Positions 34,990 to 46,949 of a DNA stretch of 51,428 nt are shown here, piece after piece. A program made the position numbers and the translations under genes. Position 1 is the first letter of the stretch; the number at the start of each line of letters is the position of its first letter. The stretch lies in NCBI RefSeq assembly GCF_046119375.1, contig NW_027368227.1, positions 1 to 51,428 on the forward strand. The letters are read 5' to 3'. Source of the DNA: Phyllobates terribilis. Lineage: Eukaryota. The notes below the pieces were generated by a model, which saw only the letters and a program-made list of their open reading frames with translations, did no database searches and was not told the DNA's origin.

Positions 34990-36248
34990 ATAAAGATGAA
35001 GGGGATAATAGAAGAATACCACTATTGTTGTGGTGGTGGCGGTGGATAATTCAGGTACTAGGACCTAGCGAACGCGTCCCGCTGTTGCATCATCTGCTAC
35101 ATCTACTCATCCTGATGGACCCAATGAGCATCCTGAGTATCCCAGCGAGCAACATGGATGTCCCATCGAACATCCTGGATGGCTGTATAATCGGTGAAGT
35201 CCTGGTCCGGGATCTGAACTCGCTTGTAGGCCAGGAGACCGTAATCATCCTACTTTGATGCTGCTAGTGGTGGAGGAAGAGGTATAGGTGCATAAATACC
35301 GTTCAATTCACGGAGGTCGCATTCCGCGTAGTCTTCACCAAGGTATGGAAAAGGTTCAGGAATAGGGAGCACAAACGAATGCATGTTCTCGGCGCCGAAA
35401 AGATAAGTGTGGACCTCCCGATCTCTTCCCTTTCGGTGCATAAATATCGTTCCAGAGCATGTGAAAGTCCCTCATCTAGACAGTGTTGAACCGAAAATAC
35501 TGACAAACCGGCGCCTCATCGGGATGGTTAAGCTGTAGTGAGTTCCGATCAAAGTAATCATCCCTCCTGTGCATGTTCTTATAGACGTCGTGCTCTCTAA
35601 CATCAATTAACTCTTCAAAAATACACCAACCCAATCCAAAAACCACAATGTCGTTCCGCGTAAACTTTCACATCACCTTCAAGTCAGTAATGATGATCTT
35701 GTTGACCTTCACCTGGCCAAAGAATGCCATATGAATCACTTTGTGGGTGAGATGAAGGCAAGGGTGTGACCATGAATAATTGTAGTCCAAGACGTGCGAG
35801 TCGTAGTTCACACCCGTTGACCTGAACCAAAAGTTGAAATGCCCATTCTCATCAACAGTCAAAGGTACATGTGCCTTGGTGACACCAAAAATATCGTGCA
35901 GTTGCTCGAACTCGAGTTGCACCATTCGTCCACCCAAGGTGAACATGACCATCTTCGTGCTCTCGTTGATACGACGAGTTGATAGAAACACTCTTGTGTA
36001 CAACTCACGTACGTTGACACGTACTCCTCGAAAAATCCACCCAAACCGTCTTGATCGAGCATCTCTTGCAAACAGAGGTCGATCCCCAACCTCCCACAGA
36101 AACTCGTGTCGAAAAACAATATGCTCATAATACCGCGGTTGCACACATTAGCCATAATTTCCGACGGATCAACTCTCTTTGCCTTCTTCTTAGGAGGCCC
36201 ACGGCTCGGACCACCCCCGGAGGATGAAGCTCGGTTTGTGGAACTCAT
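34990..36248 (-). pseudogene. Athila ORF2 (env-like / ATHILA ORF family), frameshifted
   Basis: Overlapping ORFs 35859-36248 and 35668-36144 plus downstream pieces lie between pol and the 3' LTR. Motifs FFEEYVSTYV, VMFTLGG...FEQLHDIFG and HPCLHLTHKVI. The 3' boundary is approximate. Confidence 0.7.
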
Positions 36249-37639
36249 ACTTAATTAAAAATTGAAAAGCTCAAAATAGGGAACTACTTAAATGACAAAT
36301 AGACAGCAAATGACGGTCACGGATGGATGTCGGTGGGCGCCAGGAACTGGCTTGAGAGCTTCGAAAGCAATTGTCACGGTCATGGATTTGAACTTGCTGG
36401 AATCGGCGGACATTGATAGTTATAGGCGGGCGCCGATAGTGGAGAAAATTTTCAGCAAACAAGAAACCTCTTAACGGTGGTGCAAACGACCTCCAAATGA
36501 GCCAAATCAACCCTCAATTTGTAGATCGGAGGATAACAAAGCTAGTGGAATGTGTTTGGACCACATTTTTTTGGTTAGCAATCGACAAATTTGACTTTGC
36601 AAGACCGATCGGTGGCCGCCGATAAGTATAGGCAGACACCTACAACTGGGTAATCTACTATGTTTTGCACGAGAATGGGGGAAATGTTGTGGGATTTTTG
36701 GTTTTGTGGTTTAATTTGACAGAGGGAGAGGGTTTTTCAGTTGGTGAATTGGAAGGAAATGGAGGATTTGTGTTTTATCGTGGTAAGGGTTTAGGAAAGT
36801 TGGTGGGGAAGGAAGAAGATGATGAGAGGGTAAGGGCATTTTGTAATTTTGTGTTTCCGTTTTGATTTTCCATAAATCCTCACCAAAAACGCACACTCGT
36901 CAACTCTTTTTTTACACATAACTCTCTTGTTTTTCAGTTTGATCTCATCAAGCATCTCACACCTAAGAAACACTTCCTCACTCACTTTCTTTTTCACGCT
37001 CAATGACTTTTCCCTCGTTTCTTATCTCGGTCCCATAATATAATTTTTTTTCTATTTTCTTCCCTCTCTATTCTTTTACACTCTATTTTTTTATCGCTCA
37101 TGTCTTTTTAACACTCATCGTGTTTTCCTCACAAAACCTCGCTTCCACTCGGTTTTGAAAACTTTGGTTCTAAAGACAAAATGATTATTACAATATAGCT
37201 CAAAATTGTTTAACGGAAAATGAATGAATGACTCGATTTGACCTATAAATTCAAAATTCAACGTAGAGAAAAAGAAAAATTACCTCGCTCGGGTTGCCTC
37301 CCGAGAAGCACCTTGTTTAGAGTCATGGCTCGACTCTCGTCTTAGTTCAACTAACAGGAGAGTTGCCCACACACACTCGCCAAATTTGAAGACAGTTGGA
37401 ATTCACAGTTGTGTGAGTACGCCCTTCTTGGCGTTTCTTTCCTAGGCTTCCTTGCCTTAGATCCAGACTCCTTCTTGGCTTCCCCACACTTAGACTGTTG
37501 TGGGGTCCCAATAGTGTTGTGCTCAACTTGCACATGTAAATCAACATCTCGGGGACTAGGTCCTCCTGGTAATGTTAGTCTGGTGTCCGATCCCGACACA
37601 ACTAGTTCAATCCCATTGAGGGAATGAACCAATGGGTCA

Positions 37640-38130
37640 TTGATGGTCTAACTGTCCATTATGAATGTAACCGTTTTTCCACCAAATCCCAAGGTAGTTG
37701 TGCCTGCTCACACATCTATAACCATACTTGCGGTTCTCATAAACAGTCTCCATACAAATGACGGGAACTGCCTTAGGCTCATATTCCATTTCCATCACGT
37801 AAAAGTCCATGGAGAAAGTAAACTCAGCCACACGAACCCATACACTCCACTGTACCTAGTGGGAGTATGGTGGTCTTGTCGGCCAACTGAATGGATACTC
37901 TAGTAAATTGCATAGGACCCGGACCAATGTCATAATAAAGATAAGAAGGAAGAACATTAATAGATGCATCTAGATCGAGCAGGGCTCGGTCGACATCCAT
38001 CATCCCGATATTGATGGGAATAGTGAACATCTCGGGATCCTCCTCCTTCATTAGCATGTTGTTGGTGATCTTATGCTTCCACTTGAGAGCCTTTTTTCTC
38101 TTGCTTCTCTTTTGTAGTCGCGATCTCATC
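37640..38130 (-). pseudogene. Athila aspartic protease region
   Basis: EDPEMFTIPINIG...RALLDLDASINVLP (D[L]GAS motif with G>D), SIQLADKTTILPLG and DFYVMEM. Confidence 0.85.
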
Positions 38131-39479
38131 TAAAATGCGCGCAGCGACCATATTCGTCATCATCTCTGCATAGAGGGGTGAGTCTTAATCGACTTCGCTT
38201 AACGCCTCGAACAAACTCCTCCTTGTCTCGTAGATGTCCAATTCTATGAGTCGATGATAACGTCTCCTCATAGTGTACCTCTCTCTCACGGAACTCCTCC
38301 TTGTTCTCACAACTGATTATTGCGATACATCGTAGGACATGGGAGTCTACTACCTCATCGATGTCCAAAGAGGAATCGTTGAGCACAACTAGGTTATGAT
38401 GGTTGCTCGAGTGTGATGGACAGTTTCCCTCGGATTCGTTGGGTATAATGATTGGTCAAAAACATCCTCCAATGCGCGGTATTGGTTCGTTGTATACCTC
38501 ATTCGAGTTATCACTTGTGAAATTAAGACAACGACAAGCTCTTGGTGACGTTTGCTCACTGGTTTTGAACTTTTTAAGCTCATCTTTGTCGCCATGGCGT
38601 CTCACACCTAGTATAGAGTCTCGGTCACTGGAGTCAAGATCATGTTCCTCTCCTGATGCCCTTCAAATGTAATTCGGGTCCGTACACTTGTACCCAAATC
38701 CTTGTTCCATCAGCTCTATGTAGACCCGACATTCGCGAGTTTCCTTTCCAATGCGGGAGTCTTCTCTTTGGAGATGCTCTTCTTCTCTATGCTTAGCCTC
38801 ATATACTGCTCGACGAGCTACAACTTCTCTCTCTAGGTTGTCAAGGTTTTGACGTAGCTCGCGTAGTTCTTGACTTAGACTACTGGGATTATCATCCTTC
38901 TTCTCCAAATCTCGGCTAGCAATGCTGAAAGAATCTCTACTCCTATTGTCTTGCTTAGATTGGAGAGCGCCGATAATAGGTTGGCAGTCGCCGGAAGATT
39001 TCTTAGACGTAAAACGACCACACTACAATGTACGGTCATTGCTCACGTGTGTCTCAGCAGCTTTGAACTCTTCAATAGGAGATTGGCATGCGTCGAATAT
39101 ATTTCGGCGGGCGCCGATGATATATCTGTTTTCTTCGAAACTTTTTCTGAAATTTTCATCCTCCTCTCGGCGGGCATCGATGGACTTGTCGCGGCCGTCA
39201 TAGAGTTGTTTGTATGTTGAGACTGTCATTCCCGGATTTTGGTGGGCGCCGATATCTAGTCGGCGGCTGCCGAAAATATTTATATTATACTCAAAATCGG
39301 CTTCCAGATTTCGACGGGCGCCGAAACCATATCAGCGGGCATCGATATTTCTGTCCATTTCTTCCTCAGTTTCTACGAGCTCATTAGGACTTTACATCTC
39401 GCCCTCCGCTTCATCATCTTTCTCCTTCTCATCTAGATTACATCATACACTCCCACCACACTTGCATTGAAAATGTCGG

Positions 39480-40640
39480 GATTCATCTTTGTTTGGGATG
39501 GAAGATGACCTAAAATTTGTTGTTGTAATTGTCCTACTGTGTCGGTGATGTGATTCAATTGCAAATGTAAATTTCCCACCAAATCATTGATCTTGATGAT
39601 GGCGACGGTGACTTGTTTGAGCCCAGTTTGTAGGTTGGTGTTGCTCGTAGCTAGTGCTCGTATGATCTCGTCGTAGAATTATTGGTTTTGACGAGGAGGA
39701 GGATTGAGATGGTTTTCGGTATTGTTCCACCTAAAGTTTGGGAGGTTCCTCCAGGACTGGTTTCTTTGGCCTTGATAGGGGGGCCTTGGGATGCCTTGTT
39801 GAAAACCAACTGCATTTATCTCTTCTTGGAATGATGGACAATTTATCTCTTCTTGGAATGATGGACAAGTGTCCATAGGATGTAGATCATCTCCTCATGC
39901 TTCACATGCTTTCACTTGGTGAGTGGTGCCCCAGAGCTTTAGTCTCCTGATTTCCTCCTTAAGTAACGCTACCTCGTCGGATTCAGCTTGGGTAGGATTG
40001 GACACACTCATTCTTCCACGCCCATTGTATTGCCTCGAGTCATCCGCTAGAGTAGTGAATATCTTCATGGTTGTTGAATGTGTTAAGCCTAGTATGTTTC
40101 CTTGGAAATCCACGTTAACCATTCAGCGGTCATCCTCCTAAAGACTGCTATGGAAGTATAAGACCAAGTCGTGGACTTGATATCCATAATAAGGGAAAGT
40201 CTTGATCAACTTCTTGAACTTCTCAAGATAATTGTAAAGAGATTCATTTCCCTCCTGCTCTATATTGCACATTTGTTTCTTCAGGGAATTGGATTTGATG
40301 GTGCGCAATTACTTTGCCAGAAAAATCTTCTTCATATCCACCCAGCTCGTAACACTCCCGAGAGAAAGGGTGTGGTTTCAATCCTTCGCAGAATCCTTCA
40401 AAAAGAAGGATCTCATTTTTCATTTGCTCCTCGTCCACATTTGATGGTCAAAGGTTGGCGCACACCTCCACAAATTCTTCAAGGTGTTGGATGGGATCCT
40501 CTAGTGCTGAGCCGCTAAATTTGTGTAGTAAGTGAACTACCCTTTATCTTTAGCTCGAATCTCTGGCCAACAAGGAGCGTAGGTAGAGCTAGAGCTCTTG
40601 TTGGTAAACTCAAATTGGGTGTTGTCTAGTCTTCCAGGGT
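39480..40640 (-). pseudogene. gag: Athila gag, multiple stops and frameshifts
   Basis: EDPIQHLEEFVEVC, SVTSWVDMKKIFL, ESLYNYLEKFKKL, CEA*GDDLHPMDTCP and NQSWRNLPNFRW. Confidence 0.85.
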
Positions 40641-40844
40641 TTGATCCATTTCTTTGAACAAGTTTCCAGGCACCTCTTCTATTTGTTTCAAAATTCTTTC
40701 TCGCCTAAGGCGATGGAACACACGCTCTATCTCTACAATGGGTGAAATAGGAGAAGAGTCAGCAGAACGAGCATGAATCATATAAGTGATTCACGCTAAG
40801 AAATGTTCAAACAAATTAATATTTTTTTGTCGTTTTGTTATGCC

Positions 40845-40862
40845 TCCCTGGCAACGGTGCCA
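40845..40862 (-). promoter_or_regulatory. Primer-binding site (tRNA-Asp)
   Basis: TGGCACCGTTGCCAGGGA, 3 nt inside the LTR end; Athila consensus is TGGCGCCGTTGCCGGGGA. Confidence 0.9.
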
Positions 40863-40865
40863 ATT

Positions 40866-42214
40866 TGATGAATGCTTGTGTTTATCTTGTCATAAACATC
40901 ATAAATAAGGATTGCAGACAAACAAGTGTTAAAGCAAATAATTGGTGAGGTTAAGATCTCAACAAGTTTATACCTAACTGATACTAAATCCTATTGGATA
41001 TAATATAGTGGAAGCAAGGGTCGAATCCCACATGAGGCAACGAGTTATTTAGGCTTTATTTGGACAAATCTAAATGGAAAACAAAGGGGAGGGGGTTGTG
41101 GTTTTGGAAATTAACTACAAAAACAATGAGAAATGATTTTAGAAAAACTAATTGGAGATTAATCTTAGAAAAGAAAATCCATGTCATTTGGTTAATGAAT
41201 ATCATTTTGATTCCAAAGAACAATATTCTAGCATTTTTACCGCATTCCTATACAATAATTATCTAGCACCTCAAACCGAGCATACTAAACCTATCCAACT
41301 TGATTAACTACGACGAACGCCTATAGTTAAAATTACTGGAAGGAATAAGCAAAGAACACCAGGAAATAGGCATTTAGCGTCTAGCCTACAATGCAAATAT
41401 CTACACAAAAGACCTAGTTCAAACCGAATCTAGTTTTCATGCTTGTTACAAAATAATAGGTTAAGACGAACGTCATTAATCTATCCTAACATGTATGAAT
41501 AATAATCTCAATCCTAGGTGATCAATCTAGTATAAGAAATTAGAATTCAATAGCATTTATAATCCAGAGATAAACAATCAAAAAATGCTAAACCAAACTC
41601 AAATCATTCAATACATCAAACCAAATAACACTTAAAAGCATTACTAAGAAATTAGGGCTTTAACCCTCCATAACAGGTTCAACAAAGATAAAGAAATAGA
41701 AATTCATAACTAACCTGTGGAGAAACTCTCAAAACCCAAGGAACAAAGTATGTAAACTCTCTCTAGAAATAACGATGAAAAGAAACTCTGAAATCTCCAA
41801 AAGCGTAACTACGTAAAAGATAATTCTAAAGCCTTTATATATGCTAAGTAAACTAACCTTAAAACTAATTAAAATAATTCAACAAAACTCGGAATTCAAC
41901 AATAAAATCTTAATGAAATTGTAACTGAAAGATAGAAAGAAAGACCGATCTTTTTATTTCGCTGGAAATCGGCAAGCGTCGACGAGTCTTTTGTTGGCTT
42001 CTCTTGATTCTCTCATCGGTGAGTGTCTCTATTTCATAGACGGTCGCCAACAACTCTTCCACCTTTACATTTCCTTAGCTCCTCTTCGTGATCTTCAATA
42101 ATCTCATCTTCGTCCTCGCTTCTTCCTAGATCCTCTTTACCTCTAAGAAGCTCCATAATGACTTGAATCAGAGTATCACACATATAGCTCCAGATAATGG
42201 AATGGACCAAATAC
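40866..42214 (-). repeat. Athila 5' LTR, truncated at its outer end
   Basis: Matches the 3' LTR up to ...GGAATGGACCAAATAC (42214), then switches to KCS sequence. Confidence 0.9.
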
Positions 42215-42732
42215 TTCACATCCCCTCTCATCCCATACCTATTCACCACCATTAAACAAAGGGACGGCGCCGGATTAAACAAACTGCAATTCACCACCAA
42301 TATATCGACCTTGGCGGCCGCCACCCCCGTTTTCTCCAACAGCCCATCAACCACACCGAAAACCACCTCTTCCACCTCCTTTCTGGCCTCCTCCAAGCTC
42401 GTATTCGGCGGATGCATCAATAGACCGTTTGATGCGTATGAGATATCCCCTATTCCTGACCTACTCACCATCTTTTTTGTGAGTTGTAAGGTTTCTTCTT
42501 CGATGGTTGGGATGTGTGTTCTTAGGTGGTTTATCCAATACTTCGTTGAGACTTTTTGGGTTTCTTTTGGCTTGTAGCATGCGAAGTCTACTAAATAAAC
42601 TGGCCTTTTGGAATTGGTTAGTGATTTTAGGATGAGTATGAGAAAGGGTAGTAGGGTGGCTAGGGCAATGGAGATATTAGGGTTTTGAGGGATAAAAGTA
42701 GTAAGGAAGTTCATACAAGATAGGATAGTCAT
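42214..42732 (-). pseudogene. KCS: 3-ketoacyl-CoA synthase (FAE1/KCS, very-long-chain fatty acid elongase), N-terminal 173 codons only
   Basis: TM segment, then PVYLVDFACYKP, RSGIGD, EEARKEVEEVVFG and ILVVNCSLFNPAPSL..MVVNRYGMRGDVK. It breaks immediately before the S(Y/F)NLxGMGCSAG catalytic-Cys motif. No stop or frameshift in the surviving part. Confidence 0.95.
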
Positions 42733-42780
42733 GGCTACGTTCTAAGTGAAATGTACGAGTCTATGGATTTTAAGGTACAT

Positions 42781-42794
42781 GTATATATATATAT
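42781..42794 (-). promoter_or_regulatory. (TA)n tract / candidate TATA box of KCS
   Basis: TATATATATATAT about 50-60 bp upstream of the KCS ATG on the minus strand. Confidence 0.35.
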
Positions 42795-43188
42795 GCACTT
42801 GCAAGATGATGATGAAGGCCTGGCAGATAGACAATCTTCTTTTAATATAATATATGGTTAATACGGAAAATCCTTTATAACTAGAAGGAGTTTTTTTTAT
42901 TATTAGACTAGATAATCTTGAAAGAAAAAAAAAACGAGAAGCGGAAGTGAGAACAAAAACATATAAAAAAGATAGCTAGTGGGGGAACGGTGAGTTTAAT
43001 TTTTATGAAGTAAATGCCTTAATTTGAACCTTTTGAAACAAAAAAAAAGAGTAACTCTTCTAAAATTATTATGTGTTGCCAAGGTATCAGAAGTTATATC
43101 CGCCCCATGAATATAACAAGTAATATGCAAAGACTGAAATAATTGAATATCCTGAATTATTCCGATGGCAGCCTAATCGTATGTGGAA

Positions 43189-43460
43189 GTGCGAACTGTC
43201 CTTATGGTGTGAAGTGTGAACTTTCTCGGGTAGACATATAATACGTTAATGTTCACATATAACACGCAATCGTTCAGTTCTAAGGGGATAAAAAAATCAC
43301 GGAGAAAATGTAGAAAAAAAAAGAAATAAAGTTTATCATTAATTAAAAAAATGTCACCACGTGGTTTCAATACAAAAATCATCTTTTAATCTCAGCCCTC
43401 CATTTTCTAATCTAATGGCTCAACATTCTTCACATTTCACACTATAAGGACATTTCACAC
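43189..43460. mobile_element. MITE in the KCS upstream region
   Basis: 28-bp inverted repeats GTGCGAACTGTCCTTATGGTGTGAAGTG (43189-43216) and CATTTCACACTATAAGGACATTTCACAC (43433-43460), 24/28 matching. True termini and TSD not resolved. Confidence 0.65.
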
Positions 43461-46400
43461 GGAAACTCACCTCATGATTTGATAGGTGACTCTACTTTTA
43501 AAATATTAGTCTATGAGAGGTTAGGCCTCGCCTGGTAACATGGAAAATCTTCTCAAATGAGAAGGAATTTTCTGATAGTTACACTAAATAATCCTATTAA
43601 AAATAATAAAAAGTAGAGGTGAGTTCTTCAATTTGCTCTCACAATATCAAGAGGATCATCGAATATGTGCCTTAGTTTAAAATAGTTGGAATAAAGAATG
43701 ATCAACACTTTTAGGAGTGTTATTTCTTGTTAAACTGTGAGTTGTCGTAAAAACAATGAATAATATGAAGATACTGAAATTATTGAATATCTTGAATTGT
43801 TTCGACGACAACTTAATTGTATGAGGAAGCAACACAAACATATGTCGGTGAATGGCATATTTAAATTTTTTTTCCTTTTTTATTTTTTATTTGGGTTAAC
43901 ACTTAACACTGAGACCCCTTCTACTACAGAAGATAGTCCTCTCCATCTTTATTATAAACTAGGATAGTCGCGCCCGTGCTCAGCACGGGCTTTGATTTAT
44001 TGGTTCAAATTATGAATGAAGTGTACATGATATATACAATATGCTCTTAAATCAAATAATTATATGAAAAAGAAATTAGTTACATATTTTTCATCCAAGT
44101 ATATATTATGTTCAACTTATCTTCAATTCAAACATTTATTATCGTATATATATTTTGGACACTTAGGCATGTGAAAAATATTTTAGTTTATTTCTATGAA
44201 ATTTTTGATCAATTTTTTAATATCACAAAATATAGGTATATAAAAACCATCAAGTAAAAACTTGAAGCGGATTATGTAAGTGAAAAGACCAACGTTAAAT
44301 AAAACGATTATATCAGGTTAACGTGGATGAGCTAATTGAGCTTGTCACTCTCCCCATAATCAAATATTGTTACAAGTTTATTCACAATTTGAGATTTAAT
44401 TTAATCAAGTCCCTACCCACTTGATTTTGCTATATACACTTTGTATATGATATAATAGCAGAATATCTAATCAGTTATCCCAGCTAATTTTTGGAAAACA
44501 AGAAGTAATATTCATGAAAAGTATGAATTCTGCAAAGGTGGAACAAATTCATTACGGTAATAAGTCTAACCTAATCACAAATAATGAGATCCTTCCTCGG
44601 AATTCACTTACTAAATGGATGTGAGACTGTCTTTGAACTCATTTATATAGTTCATAATTCATCATTGGAAGTTTTTGATTTTGTAGCATCTGCATGATCT
44701 TCACCAGATACCATCATCCATATCCAATTGCCTCAAAGAATATCCTCCTCAAGTTGATAATTCTTGGTTGATAGATCTCATCTTTGTATACGGATATCAC
44801 TTAAGACTATCACTGAATTTTAGATAATGTTGTAACAATCTCATAGTATCTTCTTCATTGCTTTTAGTGAATTTTGCAGCAAAAAATAAGCAAGTGAATC
44901 ACTCTTATGTCAATAAATGTGCAGAGCATTCCAAGAATGATAAAATCAATCTTTATTACTACCATAAAAAGAAACATGCACCATATTATTTGTGACTAAG
45001 ATTTTTAGTAGATGTTAGAATGAGATATTAATAATGTATAACCAGAACATGAGATGAAGAAAGTACTTCATAAATACATAGATAATCATACATATGCATG
45101 TTTGATTATCAATGACAATGATTTTATCATATGTATCTTCGAGTCATTTTGAGAACATGGAATCACATACCTGTTCAAATCTTTGTCTATCTTGTTGTAG
45201 AAGCATAGATTGTAATCATAAGACTTAGATGCAAATAACAGTCACAATTCATTACTCAAAAGTAAGAATATTGTATAGATTAGTAACAAATAGGAAGCAT
45301 TATGGACAATAAAGAGAACAGTACCTCAGTAGATAAAATGAGAAGAACATAGATACCATTACACAAACTGCCAACAAAAAAATGGTCAATGGATTGACCT
45401 TAATGTATAGTAGCACAGTGATGTGGGTAATGTTACTTGTGGATGGTTGTGTTAATAGCATTTCCACCAATTAAACCATCTGATTTGAAATTCTCAAGTG
45501 ATATATGTGTCAAGCATTATAGACCTGTCAAGCTTAATATAGCAGAGATTAATTATCTCACACCCATCCATAACAGCTATGGATTTCTCTAATAAACTAA
45601 ACTTCAATATCATGAGATAAATACCCACAACTAAGTACAATTATCTATGTATTTATAAAGTATTTCTTCATGTCATGTTCTGTATTTTTTATAACTGTAT
45701 TGAATATTTCATTTAATGCCAAACCCTACACTTATGAGATTATCTATAAGAATGATATAACCAGACAATTTAGCATGCATTTTAATGTCTAAGAAGGTAC
45801 TTGTAACAACCGGCATCAACCGATTGATAATTACATCCAAACTATCTATTCATGTTGATAGATTATAACTTCACTTAATAAATATGACATGAAAATAGCT
45901 AATTGGTTCTCATCAAAGCTTCAACTACATGCTGTGTTCGTTCACACCAAAATCATATCCCTCATATAACACATAACACCATTTAATTGCAGATATCGAT
46001 GAATTTTTATGAAACATGTAGAAACAAACAAAAATCAAAGTTAGTAATCCCCTAGAACAGAGAAACAAACTAAACCTGGAATGGTAGTAAATCTTAAAGT
46101 TTCATCCCAAATTAAACCTTAACTGATAGTAATTCGTCCTTAATCTTGAGTACTATAACTGCGATTGAACACCACCGCCTATGCAGATCAGGATCGCATC
46201 ATCTGGAAAGGGTCTGATTAATCTATTGATAATGACAATCAAACCAGGTTGATCACACAAAGAGATAGAGATAGAGAAAGGAAATAAATATGTTAACATT
46301 TTGCCAAAAAATTCTTACGATTTGACCCATATCTCTCCATTTCGATCTTTGTATGCTTCATCTGCATTCTCAAACTAACCGGCGCTTTGTGAGCATAGTT

Positions 46401-46746
46401 ATAATAAACATGCAAGAGATGCAAGACCATTGGGTGGGCAAGAGTAACGACAGAAAAACCGGAGCATTAGAGAAGACATGGTAGTGAAGAGGAATTGAAT
46501 GAGCAATTGAATGAGCCATAAATTAAGATCAAAGGAGTTTCAAATATCGGAACAAAACTTATTAGGACTCTGAAAGAGCATCCGAAGATTTGTAACATGA
46601 TTATAAATGATTTTAATAAAAAAAAATATTTTTACATTAAGACTAATCGAAAGGAAAACTGATTAATAGAGTTTTTAGAGGAAAAGAAAATTTCAAAAAA
46701 TTAACTTAGAGTACATTAACTATTAAAATGAATTCTATTAGGTTAA

Positions 46747-46949
46747 GGATTTGTTTCGTAAGAGTTCCTTATCAAGTATAATGGACTTATTTCAAATAAG
46801 TCTTTTTTTTAAATATTTAAAACGTGTCAATTTTGTAAAACTAAAATCTTTATAATATTATTATAATTTTATTATACCAAACATCATTATTGTAAAAAAT
46901 GGACTTTTAATTAAAAACGGTATTATAATCGCTTTTGGCGAATAAATCC
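46747..46949. mobile_element. Tourist-like MITE
   Basis: TAA|GGATTTGTTTCG ... GCGAATAAATCC|TAG. Confidence 0.45.

Larger units (their letters stand above)
32585..42214 (-). mobile_element. Non-autonomous Athila (Ty3/gypsy) LTR retrotransposon: gag-PR, ORF2, no RT/RH/INT; 5' LTR lacks its outer ~75 bp
   Basis: LTRs at 40866-42214 and 32585-33966, a tRNA-Asp PBS, and PPT TAAGCATGGGGATGTT|TGATA. Athila-type motifs TCGAGCC.GAC...GGGAGGCAACCCGA (37289-37334) and TAAGTGTGGGGAG (~34940). Confidence 0.9.

Noticed and set aside
39812-39868. 27-bp in-frame duplication in Athila gag (CPSFQEEIN x2)
   Set aside because: Real, but an ordinary slippage duplication in a dead ORF.
42197-42577. 126-aa plus-strand ORF
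   Set aside because: Antisense of the KCS coding sequence.
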